This document shows, in pieces, positions 26,659 through 38,837 of a DNA stretch of 64,000 bases (position 1 is the stretch's first letter; every line of letters starts with the position of its first letter). The DNA lies in contig NC_058382.1 in NCBI RefSeq assembly GCF_018350175.1, positions 50,346,001-50,410,000 of the forward strand, in the 5' to 3' direction. The notes beneath the pieces were generated by a model. The model searched no databases and had not been told where the DNA came from. It worked only from the letters and a program-made list of their open reading frames with translations. A program made the position numbers and the translations under genes. Source of the DNA: Felis catus. Taxonomy: Eukaryota.

Positions 26659-27269
26659 TAGAATGTGTTTTTAAACTCACCTTGTAAGTTAAACAAGGTG
26701 GTGTATTAGTCTCACTGTGTTCAAGGTAGATACATGAGATCAGTCATGGGCTTAGCATGACTTACCTTTCCCATTTTAACATTTTCTGGAAATAAAAGAA
26801 AGGAGCATGTTTGTATGTAGCGTCATGAGGGAGTAAAAGTGATTCTGCCTCAAAAATTTGAATGAAAGATTTAGTTTAGTAGAGTAATAGATCTTTCTAT
26901 ACGCCATTGTAAGTCCAAAAAGGATAATGAAAACAAAAGCTATCATGACTCTCATGGTACAATCATGAAACTGATTTTATTTAACTGATTTCAAATAAAC
27001 ACATAAAAGAAATAGTTTGAAAATCAGAGTTAGAAACTGTACAGTGAAAGGTTTTTTTTAAAAAAAGGTATGCCACTCTGTCTTTGAAGATTTATAAACA
27101 TAATTGTGTATGTGTAAAATATATTGTCCAACACAGAAATATCTGTAAGACTGGATATACTCTTTTTCCTTTACTTTTACATACCTTTTTCTGTGTTTAC
27201 AAAATTGATATCTGATCATGATATGAATCAGCCTGATGAGAAAAAAATATATTTTATTTTTTACTCCTT

Positions 27270-27467
27270 TTAAAATCAGACTCTTTACTTTGAGGTAATT
27301 ATAGGTTCATGTGCAGTTGTAGAAATAACATTAAGTGATCTTGTGTACTCTTCACCTAGTTTTGCCAATAGCACCATCTTGTAAAACTATAGTTCACTGT
27401 CGCCACCAGGAAAGTCACATTGATACAATCCACTAATTTTATTTAGATTTCCCCAGTTTTACATGTA

Positions 27468-27506
<39 letters not shown>

Positions 27507-27990
27507 TATGTGTGTGTGTGTGTAGTTGTTTGCAATTTTGTCACATGTGTGGGTTGGTGTGTCTACTACTACAGTCAAGGTAGAGAACAGTTCCATCACC
27601 ACCAGGAACCCTGTTATAACCACATCCACCTTTCTCTTATCACTCATTCCCATCCCTAACCCCTGACAATCCCTAATCTTCTGTCTCTGTGATTTTGTGA
27701 TTTTAAGATTATATAAATCTTATATGTAAGATTATATACATGTATGTATACATGTGCAATATGCAACTTTTGAGGTTGGTTTTTTTCACTCAGGACATTA
27801 CTCTTGGGATTCATTCACATTGTTCCGTGAATCAGTAATCTATTCCTTTTTATTGCTGAATAGTATTCCATGGTGTGGATGTACCACATTTATTTAACCA
27901 TTCATCTATCAAAAAACATGTCGTTTGTTTTTAGTCTCTGGCTATTACAAATAAAGCTGCTATGGATATTGGTAGGTTTTTGTGTGTTCT
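27270..27990 (-). mobile_element. L1MC-like 3' end with internal (TG)n
   Basis: gaggtaattataggttcatgtgcagttgtagaaataac...catcttgtaaaactatag; ttttattgctgaatagtattccatggtgtggatgtaccac. Confidence 0.85.
27471..27523. repeat. Interrupted (TG)n microsatellite
   Basis: TG run with two TA interruptions. Confidence 0.95.
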
Positions 27991-29719
27991 TTCTTATTTT
28001 TTAGGCATATAGGTGTAAATCCTATGGAACTTTGCAATGTGGATTTTAAATTTTGTTTTTTAAAAATTGTAAATTAAACAAGATAGTCACATTCAATAAT
28101 TTCCTTGAAGATTTTTAACAAAAATGTGTTTTGGAATAGTCCTTTAAAAGCAGTTTTTTAGATTTGTGCATAAAACAAAATTGGGCATATTTGAGATCAA
28201 AATTTCCTTGAAAGAGAAGAGAGATGAATCTAGAGAGAACCCTCTAGATGAAGAAAATTAGAGTTTGGGGTTCTTCTTGAATCAGCCTAAAATGCCTGTG
28301 AGCGCCTCTTGAACAGGATGGGCAAAATGTCCCTGAGTGGTCTGCTCTGGGAGGACAAGGACAGCAAGGGTTGGGCCTTTGGCACCCTTACTAAGTTTAA
28401 TTATTCCTTTTGCTCTGGAGGAAAGTGAATGAGGAGTTGGCATAGGGCTGATTGTTAAAGTAATTGACGATGTCTCTCTTCTCTCCCTGTGGAAGAAAAC
28501 AGCAGGCGTTAGAAACCATTGTTCCTACCTCTCAATGGGCTTATAAAACCAAATATTATCGTGTGAATAAATGCCATTTTGGATTCCCTTAGAATTACTT
28601 AAGGATGGTGTCCAATACTAGAGATCTCATGAAGTCTGGTTTCTCTTTATTCACATCAGGGGCAAGACCTTGCTGAGGCAAAAGCTTTAATACTGTTTAC
28701 CAGAGACTCCCAATAATAAGAGTGACATCTTCAGAACTTGGAGGAAAGCAAGTTAGATGTTTTTAGAGCATTCTTTGTGTCATTAATAAGGTAGGGGACT
28801 CTGCAAAGTACTTGAATAAGATAAAAGCATATTGCTTTCTTCAAACAAAACTAAACAATACAAAAACCAGAGATGTGACATATTTTAAAAAGAAAGTAAA
28901 AACCCACCAATTCTATACAATACCCACTTGCTTTCTAACACAGCTCTCTTCCTGTAAACAAGTTGAAAGCTGGAGTATTGCATTGAACTGTAAAGCTGAG
29001 CTCATGGTGGTAAATCAGGTGGATGACAGTAAGATTACATGTCATTTTTTCCTCATTCAGTTTTGAAGAGGAAGCAATTCCTGAACCTCCAGTGTATCTG
29101 TGTGTTCAGGGTAGAGGCTATACATTGTCCTTTAGAAGTGGGGACCGTTGGGTTTTTGTGTTAAGGTCATTTAAGTCGCAAAAAACCCCAGAAATTTCTC
29201 TCTTTCTGCAAATTAAACACACTCCCCCGTTGTGTGGTAATGGATTTCAGTCCTTTGTAATTAAAGATCCAACTGTTCACCTCCTGAAACCAAGAGCTTT
29301 TTACCACGTTGTTGCTTCATTTATCTCTGGGGAAAGACACTGATCCACCCATTTGCTATTGGAGTGACACAGCGCTCTCAGTATTGCTGGCAGTAACACA
29401 GTAATAAAAGCAAACAGTAGACGTTTTGGAGAACCATTACCTCAACTCTCTAATGAGTTTTGTTTTTCAAGAGCTTTTCAGTAAAAAAGATTTACAACAG
29501 AGGAAACCTCAAAGTAAGATGACTGGCTCTTCAGAGTATTGTCACTGCTCAGAGTGATTAAAATATTTCCTCTCAAGTTCTTCAGCTGGACTTTGTTTCT
29601 TTTTTCTAGTATTTCCTTTCATCTTTCTTTACAAATCTCATTTCTTGTTTATTTTCTTCTCTTTCACTTCTAACTCATTTTATGTTTCCACATGAGCCAT
29701 GACAAATTCCTCTTTTTAC

Positions 29720-30220
29720 TGTGTCCTCTTCTGGGTTTCCCAGAAAGCAGATCCCATGGCAGAGGGCATATATTCTATTACCAAAGGAAGCATGAGTGAG
29801 CAAGAGGGGAGAGAAGCAAAGAAGGAGGAAGATTGAAGGTGAGGGAGGATATGTTTTCCTGCTGATGCTACTAAGTGTGTTGAGTGTTGACAGATCCATG
29901 GTAACAAGCCCCCGAGAGGCTGAATAAACTGCCTTGCAACCAACTTGAGAGTTGAAGGGAGAAACGCTCATTGACTGGATCCCATCTCTGGTTGTTCAGA
30001 ATTTCACCCAATGTGGCCTTGCATTTCTGGTGACGCACGTATGAACGTATGTGGTTCTCCTAGAGAAGTTAACAAGAAGTTAACAACGAAGCAGTGGTGT
30101 TTTGAGGGGGATGTTTCTGAGAAGCCAGCCAGAGCTCATGCAGAGCTGGTCATCACAGGAGCAGTGGGACAGGAGCAGAAGACAGTTGAAGCCTAGAGCA
30201 TGTGAGGTGTCATCTGCCAC
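29720..30220 (-). mobile_element. Ancient ERVL-type solo LTR (LTR33/LTR41-like)
   Basis: tgtgtcctcttctgggtttcccagaaagcaga start and gaggtgtcatctgccac end resemble this LTR group; diverged. Confidence 0.55.
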
Positions 30221-31659
30221 GTGTCCAATGCACACGGCAGTTGCTTGGTATATATTGTTAGTCCATGCAGAAGCATAGATGACGCTGACCCCTGCAACTG
30301 AGGAGGATTTAAAACAGTCTTAGAAAAATGGTCTTGGAATTCTGTTCTTAAGTTTCAAGAGATCACGAGTTCTATCGTCTCTGAGCAACTAGCAAACAGG
30401 GATCATGCATGATTCATTCTGCATTTCCAAAATGAAACAAAAGGTTTGCCACAAAAACAGATGCTCAATACAATTTTTAGAAATAATGAGTGTTCAGGCA
30501 TAGTTTGCATTTTAGGAACACTACAACTTTAGGTATTAAAAGAATAACTTCAGTGTAGTTTTATGACACTACTTGATACGACATGATCAGTCAATATTAG
30601 AAGTTTGGTCTCTGACATGCTAGCGCCGTCTAAGAGGTCTACTTTTAATAATTGTCATGTCAACTTAGGAATCTCTGGAGACCATAGTGTGCCCATTGTC
30701 ATCTGACTAGTTGGTTGGTTTAAACCCTAAAGTCCTAGACATGGAGAGATGTCATCTAGTATGTGAGCTCGAAGGCACATCTGATAGCTCAGATAATAGC
30801 TACTCATGCTTATTTGTATTGATGTTGCCTTAGGAAATTGTAGCTAAAATGATTCATTAAGAACACTAAGGTACTGTGGGCAAACAGAGGTTAGAGAATA
30901 ATAAGTATATAAATTAAATAGGTATATTAAAGCAGTATTATATTGGGCCATGTTTATTTGGCTTTTTATTTTTTATTTTTGGCTTGAGCTGCTGAAATTT
31001 TTTTTTTTTTTAAGGATAACTGAATTATGTGTGGTTTGAATCTTAGGACATGTTTAGCTGTTAGATTAAAAAACTCTGATCTTTATTGCTATAGAAGCAT
31101 TAATTTGTAACAACCAAATGATTTATGTCTCCTCCCAATAAAAATTCAAGCAACAGATTTTTTCAAATCTGGTAATGATAGACTCTTTACTTCGATCTTT
31201 TGTATTCTTTAAAAATTTTCTTTTTCATAATTTACCTCACATTCATTTAAAGAGATATAAGAATTTTGAAATCATATTCTCTGAATAATGTTTAAGATGG
31301 ATGGCTTTTGATTTGTCCAGTAGCCGAAATGGAAAAAAAAAAACCCAACAAACTAAAAATTTGTGTTCCCAAGTCTTCATTTAAAGAGATACTGGTTCTG
31401 AATTCAACCAACCAGTTGATGGGGAGGATTACTTTCTTTTTTGTTCATTTGCTGTTTTAGAAATAAAATAGTGGAAATGAGCATACATTTTGATGGGAGC
31501 ATTAGCACACACAATGAGAAATGTAGGTATTAATAGGTCTACTTTCTCACTCATCCCAATATCTACACATCCTCAGTCAAGAGACTTGACAGTTTCTCCT
31601 GAATACTCTATCTATTGATATAGATACAGATATGATTTTTTTTTCATACTTCATGACTC

Positions 31660-31980
31660 TGGGTTCCACTGTGTAACCAAGAGGATCGTCTGGAGGTGAC
31701 TGTGCCTGTCCAAACCTGGGAGGACACATGCAAGAGCCCTTGTATGTTTCTGCTTGCTCTCTTGTGCCTCTGATACTGACATTAGAAGTGTATGTCCAGG
31801 CTAAGCCACTGGCCCCAGGAAGAAGGTGAGAGACACAATGAGCAGAACTGTTCAGCCTACAGCACATTCTTCCACCTGATCCACAAGCACATGAGCAAGC
31901 CAGCCAAGATTTCACAGCCTCCCTGCCAAGGCCACTCTAGATAAGATGACCCCCAGTCAACCCACAGACATATAAGGCAT
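31660..31980 (+). mobile_element. MaLR LTR remnant (MLT1H/I-like)
   Basis: tttctgcttgctctcttg...tgtccaggctaagccactggccccaggaagaaggtgagagacac...aacccacagacat. Confidence 0.6.
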
Positions 31981-32115
31981 TTAAAAAGATTTTTTTAAAA
32001 CTGCTCTGTTAAGGGATAGATAGACAGGAAACTGACACAACAAATATGCGTCTGCTACCCAGAGTCATCATGAACTCTGTGTAAAATATGTCGTTATGTT
32101 GAAAACATTTCTGCA

Positions 32116-32261
32116 CTCTTAAAAACTGAGAACAAACTGAGGGTTGATGGGGGGTGGGAGGGAGGAGAGGGTGGGTGATGGGTATTGAGGAGGGCACCTT
32201 TTGGGATGAGCACTGGGTGTTGTATGGAAACCAATTTGTCAATAAATTTCATAAAAAAAAA
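32116..32261 (+). mobile_element. 146-bp extreme 3' end of felid L1
   Basis: Matches the 3' ends of the L1s at 49.3 kb and 61.1 kb; aataaa plus A-tail; perfect 15-bp TSD gaaaacatttctgca (32101-32115, 32262-32276). Confidence 0.97.
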
Positions 32262-33449
32262 GAAAACATTTCTGCAAAAAATATAGCTATTATTTTACCT
32301 ATAGCTATGACATTACTAGCATTGGAGATACACTACTGTCCATCCTTTACTGGAGGAGTCTCTCAAATGTACGTATAGAAGGATATCTTCTGATAGCACT
32401 ACAGTAAATTTAATTCCATTCCATTCCACTGGGGAATTTGGAAGTGCTATCATCCATAATAGCCTATCCAGCCTTAGAATGTTGTGAGTTGATGTAGAAC
32501 ATTTGTGGTATAGCATTACTTATGGGGATGGTTTCCATTAACCAGTCTAATTTATTAAATCTTTATAGAATGCCTGCGTAAAAATACAAATATGAAAGGA
32601 ATAGCCCCTGCCTTTAAGAAGAATATATTATCATTGGAGAGATCAAATATAAGTTAAATTCTATGAAAGAATTTGAGAAATATGAAGACTCAATATCATT
32701 TTGGAGTTGGCTTAAATAGGAATGTTTAGATACTGGTAAAGTGTGGTATTTTCCAGAAGATATTTGCCATGGTAAAAGTAGTTTCATATATAGTGAAATG
32801 AGTTTTCTTTAATAAAATATGAGAGAATGTGCACCTTAGTTCTCAATGTTAATATTGGAAGTGTTCAACAAGTATTTTTTAAACCACTATCAGAAATGCC
32901 ACAAATAAAAATTAAAATGATTTTCCTCTTTTCATTTACTTTTTTCTGTATCTACTTCACAAATATCTGTCTTCCCTTGAAGTTAGCCTATTTCAATACC
33001 TAAACAAATGTCCCATTCATTGTAGAGTCTCAGAAATCATTTCTCAAGTAAATAAATCATTAAAATATCACATTATTTGTGGGGTACCCACATTTGATCA
33101 CAGTGAAGTCAGTGTTTTGAAAGAAATATTTTAGGGCTCCAAATGTGAAAAACACATGTTATAATAAATTGTGCCCAGATCCCAGGGAGTGAAATCAGTG
33201 CCCCCCTATTTTATATTTGCCAGTGTTTCTTGCTAATCAGAAGTGGCATCAAATAATTTCTCAGAAGTACTTCTGGTCCTTGTGTGATTTGCTGATAAGT
33301 CATGGCACATTTATGGGACACAGACATAGGAAAACCTTTCTTCCTAACCTCTACCTAAATTGTTTAGAGATAAAAAGAAGCTCCCTATTTCCTAAGCCAT
33401 AATAAGAAGGCCTGATGCCATCTCTCATATTGCAATAGTAGAAAGAGGA

Positions 33450-33650
33450 AAGTGTAGAGGTTAAAATTGGGGCTCCAAGAGACAGGTTGCCTCCAGGCAG
33501 ATCTGGCCTGCACTGTTCACTAGCTGGGACACTCTGTTCCTTGGTTTCCTCACCTGTAGAATGGGGATCTAAGAAGTGCACGGAGACTGTTAAAAGGCTT
33601 GAATGAATTAACACATGCAAGGTGTGCAGGACAGTGTGGTGCAAGGAGCC
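33450..33650 (+). mobile_element. MIR SINE
   Basis: Core-like ccttggtttcctcacctgtagaatggggat...gaatgaattaacacatgcaaggtgtgcaggacagtg. Confidence 0.7.
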
Positions 33651-35313
33651 GGTATTCCATAGGGGTGAGCTGTGAGCGTGCTCGGAGTCCAGGACATCCA
33701 CTTGCATTCTTGGGCTGGCTTCTTCATAAATCAGCCCTCTCTCTCCATGGCTTTGAATGTGTTGGGTTTTTGTTTTTTGTTTTCTGCCTGTGTCTATCAA
33801 CTCCTCCTTTGATATGTTAATAGTACACAGAGCTCATCTTCCTTTTGTAAAGGCTGGTAGGAATGTAAATAGTTCTGCTTTCTGAGTAGGGAGGGAGGCC
33901 ACATTTGGGAAGAGGCACCAGGCTGCCTTCTGTGCTCTTGCAGATAACCTCAGAGAACTCAGGAAGAGAAAAGTGTGGCCTAGGGAAGTGGCCAGAGCAT
34001 TGTCTACTATAATTCAGCAGAAGAATCTCAGAAACAATGCACTATTTCTAGTAAGCATTGCCTTCTTCATTTGTAGGGGGCAGGCTCTAGAGAGTCCTGT
34101 GAAAACAAAACATAATATGCTTGAATGCAAAACACTTCAGTCTGTCTTTTCTCTAAATATAGCCCATTTTCACTACTCTCTTTTATTACATCAGGGAAAG
34201 AGACTCAACTGTACACTGTTGTGGCTAGTGGGGTTGCGTTCTTGCGTTGTGCTCTTTGTTCTTGGGTTAAAGGAGGCCTGTGTCACATGATGGAAGCAGT
34301 GGGGGACTCATGAGAGTCCTTCATGGGGCCGAATCTCATCTAGCGATAGTTTTGAACTAAGCAATCTGCCTTTTTCTCTGAATCTCATGTCAACGGTGGT
34401 GACAGGAAGAGGTCCTGATGATGAGGGATGTGTCCTGCAGAGCTGACACAGGCAGTTCTTTTATTCAAAATGTGTTTTCTGGGTAAGTGTTGAGGCCAGG
34501 AGGGTCCGCGGCAGCCTCAAAAAAACAAAACAAAACAATGTTTTTGTTTGTTTGTCTTTTAAACACGAGACACATGAGGATCACATTTTCATAACGTTTC
34601 TGGATTTCATGATGTGATTTGTGTTAGCCCCCAAAGTGAAGGAACAGTTAATTAATAGACTGTTATCTTCAGGTGGGACACAAATGATTAATGGTTTGAA
34701 ATTCAGAAACCCGTCCTTGTTGATGCTCGTCAGAAGCCTTTTACCTGGTTGGTGGTCAGAACCTCTATTACATTTTGTCACAGATCATAAAACAGGCCTG
34801 AGTGCCCTCTCTCCACAAAATACGGTGGACAGAATGCATTGGTGAAATAAAAATAACATCTGACAAATCCAGACTTTGGTAATACTCTCATTGCAATATA
34901 CTCTCTGTTCTTAAACACTTTGGTCAAATGTGTGAACAGTTCGAGAACGCATACAGCAGCCAGCAGAACTAAAACATATGTTTCCTGATTGCCTGGTGTA
35001 TGCACACACACAACGGGAGAACACACACATGCTCACTTTTTCTGGCATTTTATTGCAGTTGCTCCTTTGTTTTAATTTTACTATTTTATTCAAAACTGGG
35101 ATGGATAAATGTGTTCAAAGATTAAAGAAGTATTATCATAAATTAGAAAAGTAAGTGTGGATGTCACTGGCACTGATTCTTAATGCTGCAAAATAATTTG
35201 ATCTTTATTCCTTCAAAGGATCTGACCTTGATCTCCGTATACAATGCAAGAAAAGAGAGATGGGACAACCAGCTGTGCGGTTATTTTAACTCTAAAATAA
35301 AGCCACCAGTTTT

Positions 35314-35362
35314 TTTAATATTTATTTTTGAGAGAGAGAGAGAGCACAAGTGGGAGAGGGGC

Positions 35363-35405
<43 letters not shown>

Positions 35406-35536
35406 CAGAATCTGAAGCAGGCTCTAGGTTCCTTAGTTGTCAGCAAAGAGCCGGATGTGGGGCTCAAACTCATGAATCATGAGATCATGAGCTGAGTGCA
35501 GTCGGACACTTCACCAACTGAGTGACCCAGTGCCCC
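35314..35536 (-). mobile_element. Felid SINE with expanded GA tract
   Basis: SINE body; TSD aagccaccagtttt / aagccacccaccagtttt (4-bp slippage in one copy). Confidence 0.9.
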
Positions 35537-37557
35537 TAAGCCACCCACCAGTTTTAATAGAGTTTTGAGTTTTAAAAGTAAGCCTAACATATTCAGGATA
35601 AGCAGCACATCTTTCTAATATTACAAAATTTGCAGTCATCATGAAAGTTTATTAGAGTCACTTGCAGATAACTTTATCATGTACGTACACAAATCAAGAT
35701 AGATATTTATATATGTTGGTATATCAAGAAAAATTCCCAAATGTTTTAGGTATGTTCTAGCTTATCTTCTTACATAATTACTGTGATTTGCCAGAGAGCA
35801 TGTTTCTCATTATTTCTAAACATTTGCTAATGGGTTGATTGGCTAGTATTGCTTGAAAGAGTCCCCTGTGTGAATTTAAGTTGCTTCCTCTAAATAAGGT
35901 ACCTTTTGTTATGCTCCATTGTGTCATTCTTGCAAATTCTCTTAACTGACTCCTCTTTAAAGTCATTTGGTGAAAAACAGGCACAAAGTAGGTTGGTACG
36001 GTGTTGGCTGCTAAGAAGACATTAGTGTGTGTGGTTGTAAACATCCCCATCCATCCTTAATTGCATTGCTTTATCACAAACCCAATAGGGGTAAAAACCA
36101 TACTATAGCAAAGCAATGTCCAGTATGATCTGATGCTCAGCCTAAGAACTGAGTAACAAGTTAAAGACATTATTATTATGATTATTGCTCTTATTATTAT
36201 ATAAATTAATAAGATAAAGGTAACATAGTTTTGGAATTGGTTCAATCTTCAGTTGAAAGAGCACATGTAAATTTAGTAATTTTTTCCCAAGTCATACATA
36301 TACTCATCAGTGAGAACAAAGTTAAGAGAGAGAAACTTAGCTCATCCAAAGAAATAAGATTTTACACAGCTCTGAAGATAAGGCAACTTTTCACCAAAGC
36401 CTGTTTCCCCCAGGGTTCTCTGACATCCCCCTGTTGTTGACTTAGAGGAGGAGTCACCCATTTTGCAAATGCCGACCACTAGGTGCAGGTTTGAGGCAAG
36501 AATACCCGTCCTCAAACCCGCCCATGGTTCTGAGGTACTAGGGAATGGGCAGAGCTGAGAGACAGAAAAATCTAGAACCAGATTCTAGATCAAAGATATG
36601 AAACAGCTAAAGGAAGTCTTATTATTTGAAAACCCATTTTGGAAAGGTGGTGGTCTGGCATTAATCGCATCCTACTACCCTTCCTGGCTATTATGCCATT
36701 TTTATAAGACATCAGAGGCAAACATGATGCAGCTCACTTTCTCTCCTGTTGGATCAAACAGTACAGGGACCAAGAGCCATAGTCCCTGGGAGCAACACCT
36801 GTGTGGAGTGATGGCTGCACGTACTCACTGCCCCCAGTAGGAATTGTCAGCAGTGAAAACCGAGTATGTGGCACTGTCCTGCCTTTCTTCCTGCTACAAG
36901 TGGGAATGTTCGTTGTGGTTATTTAGTGGTCTCATCATTAGCCTACATTAGTCGTGTCAGGGTAAGACGATCATTTGGCCATAGGTAACTAAATGATGAA
37001 GAGCCATTTCTGGATCTCTTTGAAAGGAATGCACATCACCCCAAGGTCATGGACCAAGAACTGAGCGGTCAGCGGGCCAGACCGTGGCAGGATTAGTGTG
37101 CACTTTAAGTGCATGTGGGAAAGTTGCATGATTTTGTTCAGAATTTCTTGTTACATTATATATAGGAAGAGAGAAAGTGAGGATGCTAAGAAGGAAAGGA
37201 GTAAAATGCAGTCACATTTTTGTCTGCTGAGCTTTCTTTTTTCTTTTGGGAACCCTTAGGTGAGCTATGTGGTGCTATCCATCAGGCGGGCTGGCTCTGT
37301 GGGTGGCTGACCTCAAGTGGGCAAATCAGGGCACATGTCACGCTTGGATGTGTTGATTCTTACGTGGGTGAACACAAGAAGAGTCATCAAGAGTCTTAAG
37401 GAGACCGACGTGGGAAAATGGGAACCAGAAGGTGCCAGGAGCATCTCCTGGCTGCCTGGAGATGGCCATGAGAGTGAAGTGAAATTTAGTTTGCATATCC
37501 AAGAAATCTAGCCATACCCATGCCTTAGCCAGGAGGGTGCAGCAGTAAATTAACTAT

Positions 37558-38031
37558 TGTATTAGTTACTTATTTCTGCTGTAACCATTTATAACAAATT
37601 TAGTGGCTTAAAACAACACACATTTATTATCTTACAGTTCTGGAGGCCAGAGGTCTAAAATTGGTCTTACATGGCTTAAGTCAAGAGCTGGAGGGTCTAA
37701 GGGAAAATGGGTTTCCTTGCCTTTTCCAGCTTCTGGAGGCCGCCTGCATTCCTGGCTCATGGTCCCTTCTTGCACATCTTAATCTTTCTGCTTCCGGTGT
37801 CACATCACCTTCCTTGACTCTAACCCTCTGCATCCTTCTTGTAAGGACGCTTCTGATAGATTGGGTCCACCTATTTGATACACCTATTTGATACAGGATA
37901 ATGTCCCCATGTCAAGATCCATAACTATAATCACATTTTCAGAATCCCTTTTGCCAAGTAAGATAATATATTAACAAGTTTTAGGGATTTGGGTACGGAC
38001 TCCCTTGGAAGGCGTCATTCAGCCTAACACA
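37558..38031 (-). mobile_element. MaLR solo LTR (MLT1D/C-like)
   Basis: tgtattagttac...tagtggcttaaaacaacac...attcagcctaacaca; TSD actat/tctat; internal 13-bp tandem duplication cacctatttgata at 37868-37893. Confidence 0.9.
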
Positions 38032-38760
38032 TCTATTTGCAGCTGTTTTGAGTTGAATTTTGTCACTTCCATCCAGGAGAATTCTCATTAAGGCATAATG
38101 ATTCTACTTTATTATTTCCCTTGGAAGTCAACTGTTAATAATATATCCCCCTGCATTTAGTGTGTATTGTAAATTCTAAGAAGCAGAAATATTTAGAAGA
38201 CATGACATTAGATCGTGAATTATTAGTATTTTCATTCATACTATGATTTCAGGCTTGGTTTATTCATTTATGGTATGCAGGCAACTCCTGATTCACAAGG
38301 TTATTGTGAAAATCAAATGAGATTTTTAAAATGCACTAAATTCATGCTGCATGCAGATAGAAGTTGCTTTTGTTATTTTATCTTATGTATGTGTCAACCT
38401 TTAGGATAAGTCATTTGCCAAACAATATTAACTGTAGGTTTTCAGCATGGATCTTGCTATAATTGCTTTTATGTATTCCTCCTGCCTTAAAAAAAAAGCA
38501 ATGTAGGTACCCTCTGGTTAATGAAGGCAGAGAATAGGCAATTTCATCTTTTCTTCTGTCTCAAAATCCACTGGAAAAAAAAAGCAAAACAAGAAAAAAT
38601 GTAGAAAAACCCGATCTTTATGGAGGCAAGGAAACAGACATATCCCAACACTACAAATTGGCAAGAAGATAGGTTGAATATCATGAAATATGCTTGGAAA
38701 CAAGTGAGGACGTGAGGAGCAGAAACATTCCTTTTCAGTATCAGGGAGGCTAAAGATTTT

Positions 38761-38837
38761 CCCGTGAATCTATGAGATCGTGACCTGAGCCGAAACCAAG
38801 AGTAGGATGCTTAACCAACTGAGCCACCCAGGCACCC
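38761..38837 (-). mobile_element. Can-SINE 5' fragment (tRNA-derived head only)
   Basis: gagatcgtgacctgagccgaaaccaagagtaggatgcttaaccaactgagccacccaggcaccc, no GA tract or T-tail. Confidence 0.85.

Noticed and set aside
25872..26696. Longest ORF (274 aa) as a host gene
   Set aside because: It is the L1 ORF2 C-terminal fragment of a 5'-truncated copy; its start lies in flanking DNA and it terminates early at WRFL.
33351..34313. Cluster of ORFs up to 149 aa
   Set aside because: Overlaps a MIR, has no recognisable domain, and occurs on both strands.
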